NCBI GenBank assembly: GCA_905182215.1
Contig: CAJJAI010000001.1
Span: forward strand, 1,081 to 65,080
Direction: 5' to 3'
Length of the DNA stretch: 64,000 bases
Source: Flavobacteriales bacterium UBA6772
GTDB taxonomy: Bacteria > Bacteroidota > Bacteroidia > Flavobacteriales > UBA7430
The stretch's first letter is position 1. Every line of letters begins with the position of its first letter. A model generated the notes under the pieces. It saw nothing but the letters and a program-made list of their open reading frames with translations, was not told the origin of the DNA and did no database searches. Below, in pieces: positions 27,885-37,582 of the stretch. The translations under genes were made by a program, and so were the position numbers.

Positions 27885-30800
27885 CTATTTTGTCAAGGCA
27901 ATATAGGTTTTTATCTCATCAAATTCTACCGCTACCGCATTTTTTGGTTCGCCCTCACAAATAAGTAGTTCATCTGCAAGAGTTTCGTCGCAAATATATT
28001 TTTTGTTAGCACTTATAGCAGCGTTAATTTTATCGTGTTTAGTGATACTTAGTTGTATTCTGTCGGTGATTTCTAAGCCAGAATCTTTACGAATATTCTG
28101 AATCCTATTCACTAGCTCACGTGCAATACCTTCTTCAATGAGTGCCTCATTCATGGTAACGTCTAGTGCAACAGTAATCCCTTTATTATTGGCAACTAAA
28201 AGCCCTGGGATATCCTGAGAACTTATAAGAACATCTTCGGTGGTAATCACTAAGTCTTTCCCCTCAATGTTTAAAGTATAAGCCTCTTTGCTTTCTAGTT
28301 CCTTTATGTCAGCTTGCTCAAACTTACCTATCGCAGCGGCAATAGCTTTCATTTGCTTACCATACTTAGGCCCTAAAGCTTTAAAATTGGCTTTAATTTC
28401 TTTTACAAGGATGTTTGAATCCTCTTCCATAAAGTCTAGTTCCTTCACATTAACTTCAGAAAGCACCAAGTCTTTAATAGCGTTAATTTGTGCTTTCATC
28501 TTCTCTCCAGAAGCAGGAATCATTACTTTTTGTAGTGGCTGACGAACACGCATTTTCTCTTTCTTACGCAGCGACAATACCATCGAAGTGATATTTTGTG
28601 CCATCTGCATACGCGTTTCTAAATCGCCGTCAATTAAGTTGTCATCACCTTCTGGGAACAAAGTTAAATGTACCGACTCTTCCTTTGGAAGGTCTGTAGC
28701 ATTCATTAAATCTTTGTACAAACGATCGGTAAAGAAAGGTGCAATTGGAGAAGCCATCTTGGCAATATTCACCAAACAAGTAAATAGTGTTTGGTAAGCC
28801 GAGATTTTATCCTGTGCATATTCTCCTTTCCAAAAACGACGACGACATAAACGAACGTACCAGTTACTTAGGTTTTCGGTTACAAATTCTTGTAGTAAAC
28901 GCCCAGCTCTAGTTGGTTCATATTCGCTATAAGCGGTGTCTACAGAATTCATCAAAGTGTTTAATTCCGATAAAATCCAACGGTCAATTTCTGGTCTTTC
29001 ATCAATAGCAATATCTGCTTCAGCGTAGGAGAAGCCATCGATATTCGCATAAAGACTAAAGAAAGAGTAGGTGTTATAAAGCGTTCCGAAGAATTTTCTT
29101 TGAACCTCAGTAATACCGTCAAAATCAAATTTAAGGTTATCCCATGGCTGTGCATTGGTAATCATATACCAACGGGTAGCATCGGCACCGTATTTATCTA
29201 AGGTCTCAAATGGGTCGGCTGCATTACCCAAACGTTTAGACATTTTCTGTCCTTTTTTGTCGAGTACCAATCCATTAGAAATAACATTTTTATAAGCTAC
29301 AGAATCGAAACACATAGTCGCAATTGCGTGTAGTGTAAAGAACCACCCACGAGTTTGATCCACCCCTTCAGCAATAAAGTCTGCAGGATACGATTCTTGA
29401 CCGTCTATTAATTCTTTGTTTTCAAAAGGATAGTGCCATTGTGCGTAAGGCATAGCGCCAGAATCAAACCATACATCAATAAGGTCTGATTCTCTATTCA
29501 TTGCTTTTCCGCTAGGCGAAACCAAAATGATTTCGTCTACGTAGTTTTTATGCAAGTCAATTTTGTCGTAATTCTCTTTCGACATATTACCTGATTCGAA
29601 ATCCGTAATTGGATTTTTAGTCATTATTCCTGCGGCAACAGATTTTTCACACTCATTGTATAGTTCCTCTACAGAGCCAATACAAATGCGTTCGTCTCCT
29701 TCTTCGGTAGACCAAATAGGAATTGGAATTCCCCAATAACGTGAGCGTGATAAGTTCCAGTCGTTTAGGTTTTCTAGCCAATTACCAAAACGTCCAGTTC
29801 CGGTAGATTCTGGTTTCCAGTTAATGGTTTTATTTAATTCTATCATACGATCTTTCATCGCAGTAGATTTAATAAACCAAGAATCTAATGGATAATATAA
29901 AACAGGTTTGTCTGTTCTCCAGCAGTGTGGGTAAGAGTGTTCGTATTTTTCAACTTTAAAGGCTTTATCTTCCTCTTTTAGTTTTATCGAAATGGCTACA
30001 TCGGCAGATCTCTCTGGAGCTTCACCTTCTGCATAATACTCGTTTTTAACGTACATACCCGCCAATTCGCCCATCTCTGGAACAAATTTACCTTGTAAAT
30101 CTACTAATGGACGAGGATTATCGTTCTCGTCTAAAACTAACATTCCAGGGATGTCGAAATTCTTTGCTACCATAGCATCGTCTGCACCAAAAGTTGGTGC
30201 AATATGTACGATACCTGTACCATCTTCGGTAGTAACAAAATCACCAGAAATTATTTGAAATGCATTTTCAGCATTTTCGTAAGGTGTAGCATAAGGAAGT
30301 AATTGCTCATAACGAGATCCTACTAAATCAGCTCCTTTAAATTCTGAAACAATGAAAAATGGAATTTTTTTAGCTCCAAATTCGTAGCTAGCTAATTCCT
30401 CTTCGTTTTCTGCAGCGGTAAATTTCCCAGAAAGCTGTTTAGCAACTAGGTTTTTAGCCAATACAATATTCATTGGAGTACCCGAATACTGATTGAAGGT
30501 TTTTACTAAAACATAATCGATTTTAGCTCCTATACAAAGTGCCGTATTCGAAGGAAGTGTCCAAGGAGTAGTTGTCCAAGCAATAAACTGAACATCTCCT
30601 TCAACTGCTTTTAATGCTTCTACTTTAAGGGTTTCCTTAGTAGCTTTAAAAAGTGCTACTGCCGAAGTATCTTTTACGTTTTTATAACAGCCCGGTTGGT
30701 TTAGTTCGTGCGAACTTAAGCCTGTTCCTGCAGCTGGTGAGTAAGGCTGAATAGTATAGCCTTTATAGATTAAGTCTTTTTTGTAGAGTTCGGCAAGTAA

Positions 30801-31286
30801 GTGCCAAACCGACTCCATGTATTTACTTTCGTAGGTAATGTATGGGTCTTCCATATCTACCCAGTAACCCATTTTTTCGGTAAGCTTGTTCCACACATCT
30901 GTGTAGCGCATTACCGTTTCTCTACAAGCTTTGTTATAGTCTTGTACAGAAATTTTTGTTCCGATGTCTTCTTTAGAAATACCCAATTCCTTTTCTACAC
31001 CTAACTCTACCGGCAAACCATGCGTATCCCAACCAGCCTTACGTTTTACTTGAAACCCTTTAAGCGTTTGGTAGCGACAGAAAATATCTTTTATACTTCT
31101 TGCCATAACATGGTGAATACCAGGCATACCGTTTGCCGAAGGAGGCCCTTCGAAAAATACAAATGGTTTATTGCCTTCGCGAGTTGAAATACTCTTCTCG
31201 AAGATTTTATTTTCTTGCCAATCGGCTAAAACCTCTGCGGCTACGTTAGGCAGATTTAATCCTTTATATTCTGGGTATTTTTTCAT
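27885..31286 (-). CDS. ileS: Isoleucine--tRNA ligase (type 2)
   Basis: EGPPSANGMPGIHH, GWDTHGLP, WTTTPWTLPSN, GTGIVHIAP, EGVDQTRGWF, KMSKR; ATG at 31286 (MKKYPEY). Confidence 0.97.
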   Translation of the reverse strand: MKKYPEYKGLNLPNVAAEVLADWQENKIFEKSISTREGNKPFVFFEGPPSANGMPGIHHVMARSIKDIFCRYQTLKGFQVKRKAGWDTHGLPVELGVEKELGISKEDIGTKISVQDYNKACRETVMRYTDVWNKLTEKMGYWVDMEDPYITYESKYMESVWHLLAELYKKDLIYKGYTIQPYSPAAGTGLSSHELNQPGCYKNVKDTSAVALFKATKETLKVEALKAVEGDVQFIAWTTTPWTLPSNTALCIGAKIDYVLVKTFNQYSGTPMNIVLAKNLVAKQLSGKFTAAENEEELASYEFGAKKIPFFIVSEFKGADLVGSRYEQLLPYATPYENAENAFQIISGDFVTTEDGTGIVHIAPTFGADDAMVAKNFDIPGMLVLDENDNPRPLVDLQGKFVPEMGELAGMYVKNEYYAEGEAPERSADVAISIKLKEEDKAFKVEKYEHSYPHCWRTDKPVLYYPLDSWFIKSTAMKDRMIELNKTINWKPESTGTGRFGNWLENLNDWNLSRSRYWGIPIPIWSTEEGDERICIGSVEELYNECEKSVAAGIMTKNPITDFESGNMSKENYDKIDLHKNYVDEIILVSPSGKAMNRESDLIDVWFDSGAMPYAQWHYPFENKELIDGQESYPADFIAEGVDQTRGWFFTLHAIATMCFDSVAYKNVISNGLVLDKKGQKMSKRLGNAADPFETLDKYGADATRWYMITNAQPWDNLKFDFDGITEVQRKFFGTLYNTYSFFSLYANIDGFSYAEADIAIDERPEIDRWILSELNTLMNSVDTAYSEYEPTRAGRLLQEFVTENLSNWYVRLCRRRFWKGEYAQDKISAYQTLFTCLVNIAKMASPIAPFFTDRLYKDLMNATDLPKEESVHLTLFPEGDDNLIDGDLETRMQMAQNITSMVLSLRKKEKMRVRQPLQKVMIPASGEKMKAQINAIKDLVLSEVNVKELDFMEEDSNILVKEIKANFKALGPKYGKQMKAIAAAIGKFEQADIKELESKEAYTLNIEGKDLVITTEDVLISSQDIPGLLVANNKGITVALDVTMNEALIEEGIARELVNRIQNIRKDSGLEITDRIQLSITKHDKINAAISANKKYICDETLADELLICEGEPKNAVAVEFDEIKTYIALTK

Positions 31287-31294
31287 CTCTGTAC

Positions 31295-31720
31295 TTAGTC
31301 GATCGTTGCGATTACTTTTAACTCGATGCCTATTGGCGTAGGAAGACTCAATATCTCTATCGTTGTACGGCAAGGTTGATTGTCTTTAAAGTATTCGGCA
31401 TAAATTTTATTGTAGGTTTTAAAATCGGCTTTCATATTGGTTAAAAAAACCGTTACGTCTATTATTTTATTCCATGAAGAGCCTGCGTCTTCTACAATGG
31501 TTTTGACGTTTTTAAATACAGAATGACATTGTGCCGCTATATCGTAAGAAAGAATATTTCCATGGACATCTAATTCCACTCCTGGAATTTTTTTCCTTCC
31601 TCTTTCGCGTGGTCCTACACCCGATAAAAACAATAAATCTCCATGACGGCGTGCATGAGGATAAGCCCCAACAGCTTCGGGTGCTTTAGATGAGTTGATT
31701 CTTCCTTTATTTTCTGACAT
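31295..31720 (-). CDS. RidA family protein (2-aminomuconate deaminase-like)
   Basis: APEAVGAYPHARR.GDLLFLSGVGPR, DVTVFL, QPCRTT, LPTPIGIELK. Confidence 0.85.
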   Translation of the reverse strand: MSENKGRINSSKAPEAVGAYPHARRHGDLLFLSGVGPRERGRKKIPGVELDVHGNILSYDIAAQCHSVFKNVKTIVEDAGSSWNKIIDVTVFLTNMKADFKTYNKIYAEYFKDNQPCRTTIEILSLPTPIGIELKVIATID

Positions 31721-31739
31721 AATTCTGCTTTATAACCCG

Positions 31740-31747
31740 CAAATTTA
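31740..31747 (-). promoter_or_regulatory. -7 element TAAATTTG for ridA-ileS-dksA-lspA
   Basis: TAnnTTTG 19 bp upstream of the ATG. Confidence 0.6.
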
Positions 31748-31871
31748 CGCCAATAGTAGCAGATATGCAATGTGTACCGAAAGGAATGATTTTTAATGAC
31801 AGATGGTGAATTTTTGAACCTGAAATTGTCAAAATATTCATAATGTCAAAAGATTGTTTAGTGACGAGGTT

Positions 31872-31926
31872 GGTGAAACGGAAAACGGAAATCGTGAGTG
31901 GTAAGTTGTGAAACGAAAACGTGAAT
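31872..31926 (+). repeat. Degenerate 7-bp tandem array (CGTGAAA/CGGAAAT-like)
   Basis: ggtgaaa|cggaaaa|cggaaat|cgtgagt|ggtaagt|tgtgaaa|cgaaaa|cgtgaat; related unit on the reverse strand at 40917-40938. Confidence 0.5.
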
Positions 31927-31981
31927 ATTAAATCGTTGAGCTTCTTTTTAAACTCCAGTATTCTGACTCTTTATTTTCAAT

Positions 31982-33244
31982 TTATTGCTTAATCCAAGGA
32001 TGAGTTTCAATTTTATTTCCATCCTCAACTCGTAAAAAATAAAGTCCATTTGGGAATTCACTAACTGGTATTGTGTTTTCTTGTGTACTTGTTTGGTACA
32101 TTAATTTCCCTTGGGTATTAAATATTGTAACACGAGCTTCGTGTTGGAGTTCAATATGTAAATAATCTGATGCAGGGTTTGGGTAAAGTTTAAATGCTTG
32201 CTCAAAGGTATCACTAATACCAACTACATTAATGTGTACAGTGTCTGTAGATCCGCAATCGTTTATTGGATCGTAAAGAAGAACTCCATAAACACCATCT
32301 TCTGAGAGATGTAAAGTGTCGTTATGTTCGAATGGGATTACGGAATTGTAATACAACCAAGTAATTTCTAAACTGTCGTGTTGAGTTTCTACTGTGAGTA
32401 TGTTTTCTAATTGATTGTAAAAAATATCTGCTGTAATTACGATGCATGATCCATCGTCCTCTGTTGCGGTTTCTTGATAGTTACAAGCGAATATGTTTGT
32501 ACAGCCGTCAACTTCTTCTTCATCGCAGATACCGTCGTTATCTTCGTCGTTAATACATTCACCTTCGCAGTTGTAATTGGGAACTGCGTAAATACAACTG
32601 TCTGTTTCAGTGGCAAGTGGATTGTAATTACAAGCCATTGGTTCTACACAACCGTAAATTTCTAATTCGTCGCAAACACCGTCATTATCGTTATCTAAAA
32701 TACAATTGCCATCACAGTGGTAAAATTCTAGAGGGTTGATGCAAGAGCCATCATCTTCGTTTGCATCAAGATCGTAATTGCAAGCGTTTGTATCTGTGCA
32801 ACCTAAAACTATACCTGTACATTCGTAGGTAATAGAGCCAGAAGTAATAAGGCTCATTCCATTTACAGTAAAGATTATAGGGATTGTATTGACGATGTAC
32901 AAATTTGCACCATCAACAATTTGAAGCGAAATAGTTTCTCCAGGTATAGCACCTACAATACTGTCAATAATCGCATCATCTCCCCATACTGCAATCGACT
33001 GCATTCCATTATTCAAATCTTCATCTGCTAAACTAGCAGAGCCAACCACTAAATCATTCTCTGTTAGTGCAACTATATAGGGGCTATTAGTGTTTAAACT
33101 GAGACTCGAAATGAAGCTATCATTAAGTAAAAGAGTCATATTAGAACCTGTATTTAACCCATCTAATTGAGAAGGAAGTTCACAAGATTGCGCTCCAACA
33201 AAAGTTGGAGATAGTAGTAGTAAAAGTGCAATTAGTTGTCTCAT
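31982..33244 (-). CDS. T9SS-secreted acidic Cys-rich repeat protein
   Basis: Signal peptide ..VGA|Q; N-terminal VWGDD module; three GCxx..ACNY..(D)GSC/DSC repeats; two DxDxDGxCDE motifs; type A CTD (LYPNPA..QGK..GLYFLR). Confidence 0.85.
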   Translation of the reverse strand: MRQLIALLLLLSPTFVGAQSCELPSQLDGLNTGSNMTLLLNDSFISSLSLNTNSPYIVALTENDLVVGSASLADEDLNNGMQSIAVWGDDAIIDSIVGAIPGETISLQIVDGANLYIVNTIPIIFTVNGMSLITSGSITYECTGIVLGCTDTNACNYDLDANEDDGSCINPLEFYHCDGNCILDNDNDGVCDELEIYGCVEPMACNYNPLATETDSCIYAVPNYNCEGECINDEDNDGICDEEEVDGCTNIFACNYQETATEDDGSCIVITADIFYNQLENILTVETQHDSLEITWLYYNSVIPFEHNDTLHLSEDGVYGVLLYDPINDCGSTDTVHINVVGISDTFEQAFKLYPNPASDYLHIELQHEARVTIFNTQGKLMYQTSTQENTIPVSEFPNGLYFLRVEDGNKIETHPWIKQ

Positions 33245-33282
33245 AGTTAAAATTAAGTATTGCAATTTACTTTAAAAAAGGC

Positions 33283-33918
33283 TTAAATCTTATAATGTAC
33301 TCCGAAACCTATAATCTGTAATTGGTCTGGGTTCTTGTTATTGAACTCTTTTTGAGATCTTAAAAAGAGTTTCATCTTCAATTTATCCATCATAGTCCAA
33401 CTAATCCCCAAAGTAGAACGTCTTTGATTAAACTCATTTGTAGTTGCCAACTTCCAATAAAGTTCGTGCGATACGTATGGATTAATTAGCTTGCTTTTTA
33501 AGGCAATAGCCCATTTGGCTCTGAAATGTGTTTTATCTCGGTCACCAAAAGAATCCCACGATTGTTGAAATCTCAATCGTTGTTTTAAACTAAACGGTTT
33601 ATTCTTGAGATTATAGACTGAGCTAAAGTCTACATTCATACGTATGTATTTGTCTTCGTCTAATTTGTTTACAACTCTAGTATTTAACCCTAAAGAATGT
33701 GCTTTTCTAAAGTTATATCGAAAGCCAATATCTGTGAAGTTTTTTTTATACGTACTTAAACTATCCGCCCATCGAATTTGTTCTCGAAGTTCAAACCGAA
33801 GTTTAGAGTTCACTTTTTTACTAAATTTTAAAGAACCCCAAAGCTGTAAATCTTCGTTTTGTGCGAAGCTCATTAGTGGGATAATTAATAAAAGTAGGAG
33901 AGAAAGTTTATTCTTCAT
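33283..33918 (-). CDS. DUF2490-like outer-membrane beta-barrel protein
   Basis: Signal peptide ..SFA|Q; alternating amphipathic strands, QRLRFQQ, PYVSHELY, terminal aromatic strand GFGVHYKI. Confidence 0.7.
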   Translation of the reverse strand: MKNKLSLLLLLIIPLMSFAQNEDLQLWGSLKFSKKVNSKLRFELREQIRWADSLSTYKKNFTDIGFRYNFRKAHSLGLNTRVVNKLDEDKYIRMNVDFSSVYNLKNKPFSLKQRLRFQQSWDSFGDRDKTHFRAKWAIALKSKLINPYVSHELYWKLATTNEFNQRRSTLGISWTMMDKLKMKLFLRSQKEFNNKNPDQLQIIGFGVHYKI

Positions 33919-34555
33919 TTTGTGTTAATTCTGTTCCCCAAACAACTTCGTTTACATCTGCTTTAAAGAAAATAGTAACCGTAGCCACATCTCTTAAAAA
34001 GTCAATTTTTCCAATTTGAACTTTTACAATATCTAATCCTGTTCGTTCTCTTAAGTCGCGAATCATCTCCAACCTGTTTTTAGTTTTTATGAGATCTATT
34101 CGCTCGTAAACAATGTTTTTAGTCTGTACTTCGTTGTTAAACCAGAGTTTTTCGAAACTCAAGGTTACCAATAAAATAGTAGAATTTACGAACATTAACT
34201 CCGCCCAAGAAATTTTCTTATTAGCTAAAGCGTTTATCATTGCCAGTCCAATTACAATAAACAAATAGGTCATTTCCTTAATCGGAATCGGTTCTGTACG
34301 GTATCTTAAAATACCAAATACGGCAAATAAACCGAGCGCAAACCCAAGCTCCATCGGTACTTTTCTTAGTAAGAAACAAATGAAGAAGGTAAGTAAGTTG
34401 AAAATGAAAAAAGTAAATAAATAATCCTTTCTTCTATTTGCTGCAAAATACAAAACTCTAATAATCACAAAGGTGAATGAGAAGTCGATCAGAAAGCGAA
34501 TAAATAACTTAAATAAGTCTCTTTGATTGAATAATTCTACGTCTAAAAATTCCAT
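33908..34555 (-). CDS. DUF4956 family membrane protein
   Basis: GFALGLFAVFGILRYRTEPIPIKEMTYLF, DLRERTGLDI..V.IGKIDFLRD; several TM helices. Confidence 0.85.
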   Translation of the reverse strand: MEFLDVELFNQRDLFKLFIRFLIDFSFTFVIIRVLYFAANRRKDYLFTFFIFNLLTFFICFLLRKVPMELGFALGLFAVFGILRYRTEPIPIKEMTYLFIVIGLAMINALANKKISWAELMFVNSTILLVTLSFEKLWFNNEVQTKNIVYERIDLIKTKNRLEMIRDLRERTGLDIVKVQIGKIDFLRDVATVTIFFKADVNEVVWGTELTQNEE

Positions 34556-35295
34556 ATTTTTTGAATCTTGTTAAGGTCTAGTAATCTCGATTTAAATCGA
34601 TTGTATTTGAGTTTATCATCTAGTAAAATACAGCCGATGCAATATTTACTTAAGCGTTGCGGGCGTATTTGTTTTGAACGCAGTAAGGTATTAATTTTAG
34701 AATTACGGTTTAAGCCACTTTGTTTAACTTCAATTATAATAGGTTCTGAAAGGTCAACTTTATTGTTTTGGTCTTCAAACTTCAAATTGAAATCTATGGT
34801 AACACGTTCTTCTTCTGTTTTGTGTGCTAAGGTAATACGACTAAACGTATTTTGAAGTATTTGCTTTAAGTAGGCTGGGTTTTCAGGAATCCATTCTTGT
34901 AAAAAGGTTTCTTGGTTTTTACTCATAGGAAAAGTAAAAGGCGAAGAAATACGTTTTTTGTCCGTTGCACCTTTGTGTTTCAGCTTTACCTCTAAAAAGG
35001 ATAAATTAGATTCTACATAGTTTCTAAATCTAACTTTATGTCTTTTAGGTTTTCCTTGATGGTGCTGAAAATAGTAATCTTTATTTACGGTGTCTAAATA
35101 AGTCGTTTGGTACGAAGCTTCTCTTTTTCCCTTGATTTCTAAAGCGAAATAATGATCCAGTAAGTCTGGTAATAATTCTATCAAGGTGGTTTTAGAAAGT
35201 AGGTACTTCGTATCGGTACGCTTCAACAACTTTACCCGATCCATTTGTTTCAAATCGATCGGGCTAAACTTATCTAGTTGTTGTTGTAAACTCAT
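34543..35295 (-). CDS. VTC-domain (polyphosphate polymerase-like, CYTH fold) protein
   Basis: KRTDTKY, YQTTYLDT, RHKVRFRNY, FLEVKLK, ERVTID, IIEVKQ, SKYC. Confidence 0.88.
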   Translation of the reverse strand: MSLQQQLDKFSPIDLKQMDRVKLLKRTDTKYLLSKTTLIELLPDLLDHYFALEIKGKREASYQTTYLDTVNKDYYFQHHQGKPKRHKVRFRNYVESNLSFLEVKLKHKGATDKKRISSPFTFPMSKNQETFLQEWIPENPAYLKQILQNTFSRITLAHKTEEERVTIDFNLKFEDQNNKVDLSEPIIIEVKQSGLNRNSKINTLLRSKQIRPQRLSKYCIGCILLDDKLKYNRFKSRLLDLNKIQKIWNF

Positions 35296-35347
35296 ATATT
35301 CTTACGGTATTGTTAAGACAATAAATAAAGTTTTTTTATTTCAAACC

Positions 35348-36790
35348 TTATAGTTTAATGCACACATTTTTCGGTTCTGTAAAGAAGTGTAGTGCTTCAA
35401 AACCACCTTCACGGCCTACACCCGATTGTTTAACTCCTCCAAAAGGAGTTCTTAAATCTCTTAGTAACCATGTGTTTATCCACACAATACCAGAATCTAA
35501 ATTACCAGCCATTCTATGCGCTCTTTTTAAATTACTTGTCCAAACTGTAGAGGAGAGTCCATATTTAGTGCTATTTGCGTAGCCTAAAACTTCCTCTTCT
35601 GTATCGAAAGGCATGATGGTAACCACAGGTCCAAAAATTTCTTCTTGGTTGGTACGGCAGTTAAACGGTAAACCTTCTATAATAGTAGGCTCTAAATAAT
35701 AGCCATTGGCATATTCCCCATCTAGTATAACACGTTTTCCACCTACTAAAACCGTACCGCCTTCTTCTTTGGCTAATTCTACATACGAGAGTACTTTCTC
35801 CATATGATCTTTAGAAACCACTGCACCTAGTTTGGCTTTTTCATCTAGTGGATGTCCAACGACCATCTTTTTAGTCTGTGCTACAAAGGCATCTCTAAAT
35901 TTCTCGTAAATCGGTCTTTCAACAAATATTCTAGAGCCACATAAACAAATTTGGCCTTGGTTCGCAAATGAAGATCGTTTTGTAGTTGATAATGCATCAT
36001 CAAAATCACAGTCTGCAAAAATGATATTTGGGTTTTTACCACCCAATTCCAAAGACATCTTCTTAAACATTGGTGCTGCTACACGAGCAATTTGTTGCCC
36101 TGTAGAAGTTCCTCCTGTAAAAGAAATAACAGGAATTTCGGGATGTTCTGTAATAGTTGCTCCTACCTTATGTCCTAGTCCATGAACAATGTTTAATACT
36201 CCATCTGGTAAGCCTACTTCGGTGCATATTTTAGAAAGTAAGTAAGCCGTCATAGGAGTTACCTCCGATGGTTTTGCCACCACGCAATTTCCGGTAGCTA
36301 AAGCAGGCGCTATTTTCCAAGTAAATAAATACAAGGGTAAATTCCATGGCGATATACAACCTGCCACACCAATAGGTTTGCGTATTGTATAGTTAATAGC
36401 TACTTCGCCCATGTCAAAACAATCTGTTTTGTCGTGCATAATAGCCGTGGCATAAAACCTAAAGTTAGAAGCAGCACGAGGAATGTCTACCGCTTTAGAA
36501 AGCCATAATGGTTTCCCGTTGTCTTTAGATTCTGCTAAGGCTAAATCTTCTAAATTTTCTTCAATTTTATCGGCGATAGCCATGAGGAAGCCCATGCGCT
36601 TTTCCGAAGAAAGTGCCGCCCAAGCTGGGAAAGCATTTTTTGCAGCAATTACTGCTTTGTCCACATCACTCTTGTCGCTGTCTGGAATTAGAGAATATAC
36701 AGCTCCTGTTGCAGGATTATAATTGTCTAAGTAGTTTCCAGATTGAGGTTCACAAAGTTTACCTCCGATATAATTTTGAATCTTTTCCAT
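35348..36790 (-). CDS. Aldehyde dehydrogenase, 2-aminomuconate/2-hydroxymuconate semialdehyde dehydrogenase-like
   Basis: DIPRAASNF, ISPWNLPLYLFTWKIAPALA, LELGGKN, NQGQICLCGSR, WLLRDLRTPFGG. Confidence 0.88.
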   Translation of the reverse strand: MEKIQNYIGGKLCEPQSGNYLDNYNPATGAVYSLIPDSDKSDVDKAVIAAKNAFPAWAALSSEKRMGFLMAIADKIEENLEDLALAESKDNGKPLWLSKAVDIPRAASNFRFYATAIMHDKTDCFDMGEVAINYTIRKPIGVAGCISPWNLPLYLFTWKIAPALATGNCVVAKPSEVTPMTAYLLSKICTEVGLPDGVLNIVHGLGHKVGATITEHPEIPVISFTGGTSTGQQIARVAAPMFKKMSLELGGKNPNIIFADCDFDDALSTTKRSSFANQGQICLCGSRIFVERPIYEKFRDAFVAQTKKMVVGHPLDEKAKLGAVVSKDHMEKVLSYVELAKEEGGTVLVGGKRVILDGEYANGYYLEPTIIEGLPFNCRTNQEEIFGPVVTIMPFDTEEEVLGYANSTKYGLSSTVWTSNLKRAHRMAGNLDSGIVWINTWLLRDLRTPFGGVKQSGVGREGGFEALHFFTEPKNVCIKL

Positions 36791-36793
36791 AGT

Positions 36794-37579
36794 CTATAAA
36801 CAAGCGGTTCTACCACCGTCTACTGGAATGTTAATTCCATTGATGTACGATGCTGCAGGAGAGGCTAAGAAAGCAATCGCATTGGCTACTTCTTCTGCCT
36901 CTGCAATACGTTTCATAGGAACCTGATTTTTCATAGTTTCTAAAACAGCTTCCTCCGTTTGACCAGTTTTCTTTGCTTTATTTTCTATAATCGATTTTAA
37001 ACGCACTGTATTAGTAGCCCCTGGTAATACATTATTTACGGTGATGTTAAACCCACCGAGTTCATTAGCTAGCGTCTTCGACCAACTAGCAACCGCACCT
37101 CTAATAGTGTTAGAAACACCCAATCCGTTTAAAGGTTGTTTTACAGAGGTAGAGATGATGTTGATGATACGACCATAGCCTTCTGCTTTCATTCCTTCCA
37201 TTAAGTTTTGAACCATAATTTGGTTGCAAATTAAATGGTTGGTAAATGCTTGAATATACTCATCGGTATGTGCCGCATTGGCAGGACCACCTGCAGGACC
37301 ACCTGTATTATTTACCAATATATTGGCATTGTTTTCTTTTGCAAAAGCAGCTAGTTTTTCTCTTAAATCTTCTGGCTGTGTAAAATCAACAGAAATATAA
37401 GTATGTTTCTGTCCTTTAGAGCTATCCAATTCTGTAATAACAGACTTTAATTTTTCTTCGTTACGAGCTACTAAAGTAATACTCGCTCCTAATAGAGCTA
37501 ATTCTGTAGCAGTTGCTTTTCCTATTCCTTGCGTACTACCGCATACTACGGCACGCTTACCTTCTAAGGATATATTCAT
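36794..37579 (-). CDS. SDR family oxidoreductase
   Basis: CGSTQGIG, NNTGGP, SNTIR (atypical YxxxK), VDGG. Confidence 0.88.
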   Translation of the reverse strand: MNISLEGKRAVVCGSTQGIGKATATELALLGASITLVARNEEKLKSVITELDSSKGQKHTYISVDFTQPEDLREKLAAFAKENNANILVNNTGGPAGGPANAAHTDEYIQAFTNHLICNQIMVQNLMEGMKAEGYGRIINIISTSVKQPLNGLGVSNTIRGAVASWSKTLANELGGFNITVNNVLPGATNTVRLKSIIENKAKKTGQTEEAVLETMKNQVPMKRIAEAEEVANAIAFLASPAASYINGINIPVDGGRTACL

Positions 37580-37582
37580 GGT

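Noticed and set aside
27885-31373. Long overlaps or extensions implied by the ORF track (ileS into ridA; also metG/S66 peptidase and epimerase/tyrS)
   Set aside because: Artefacts of longest-ORF start choice; downstream starts fit the homologous N-termini and promoter positions.
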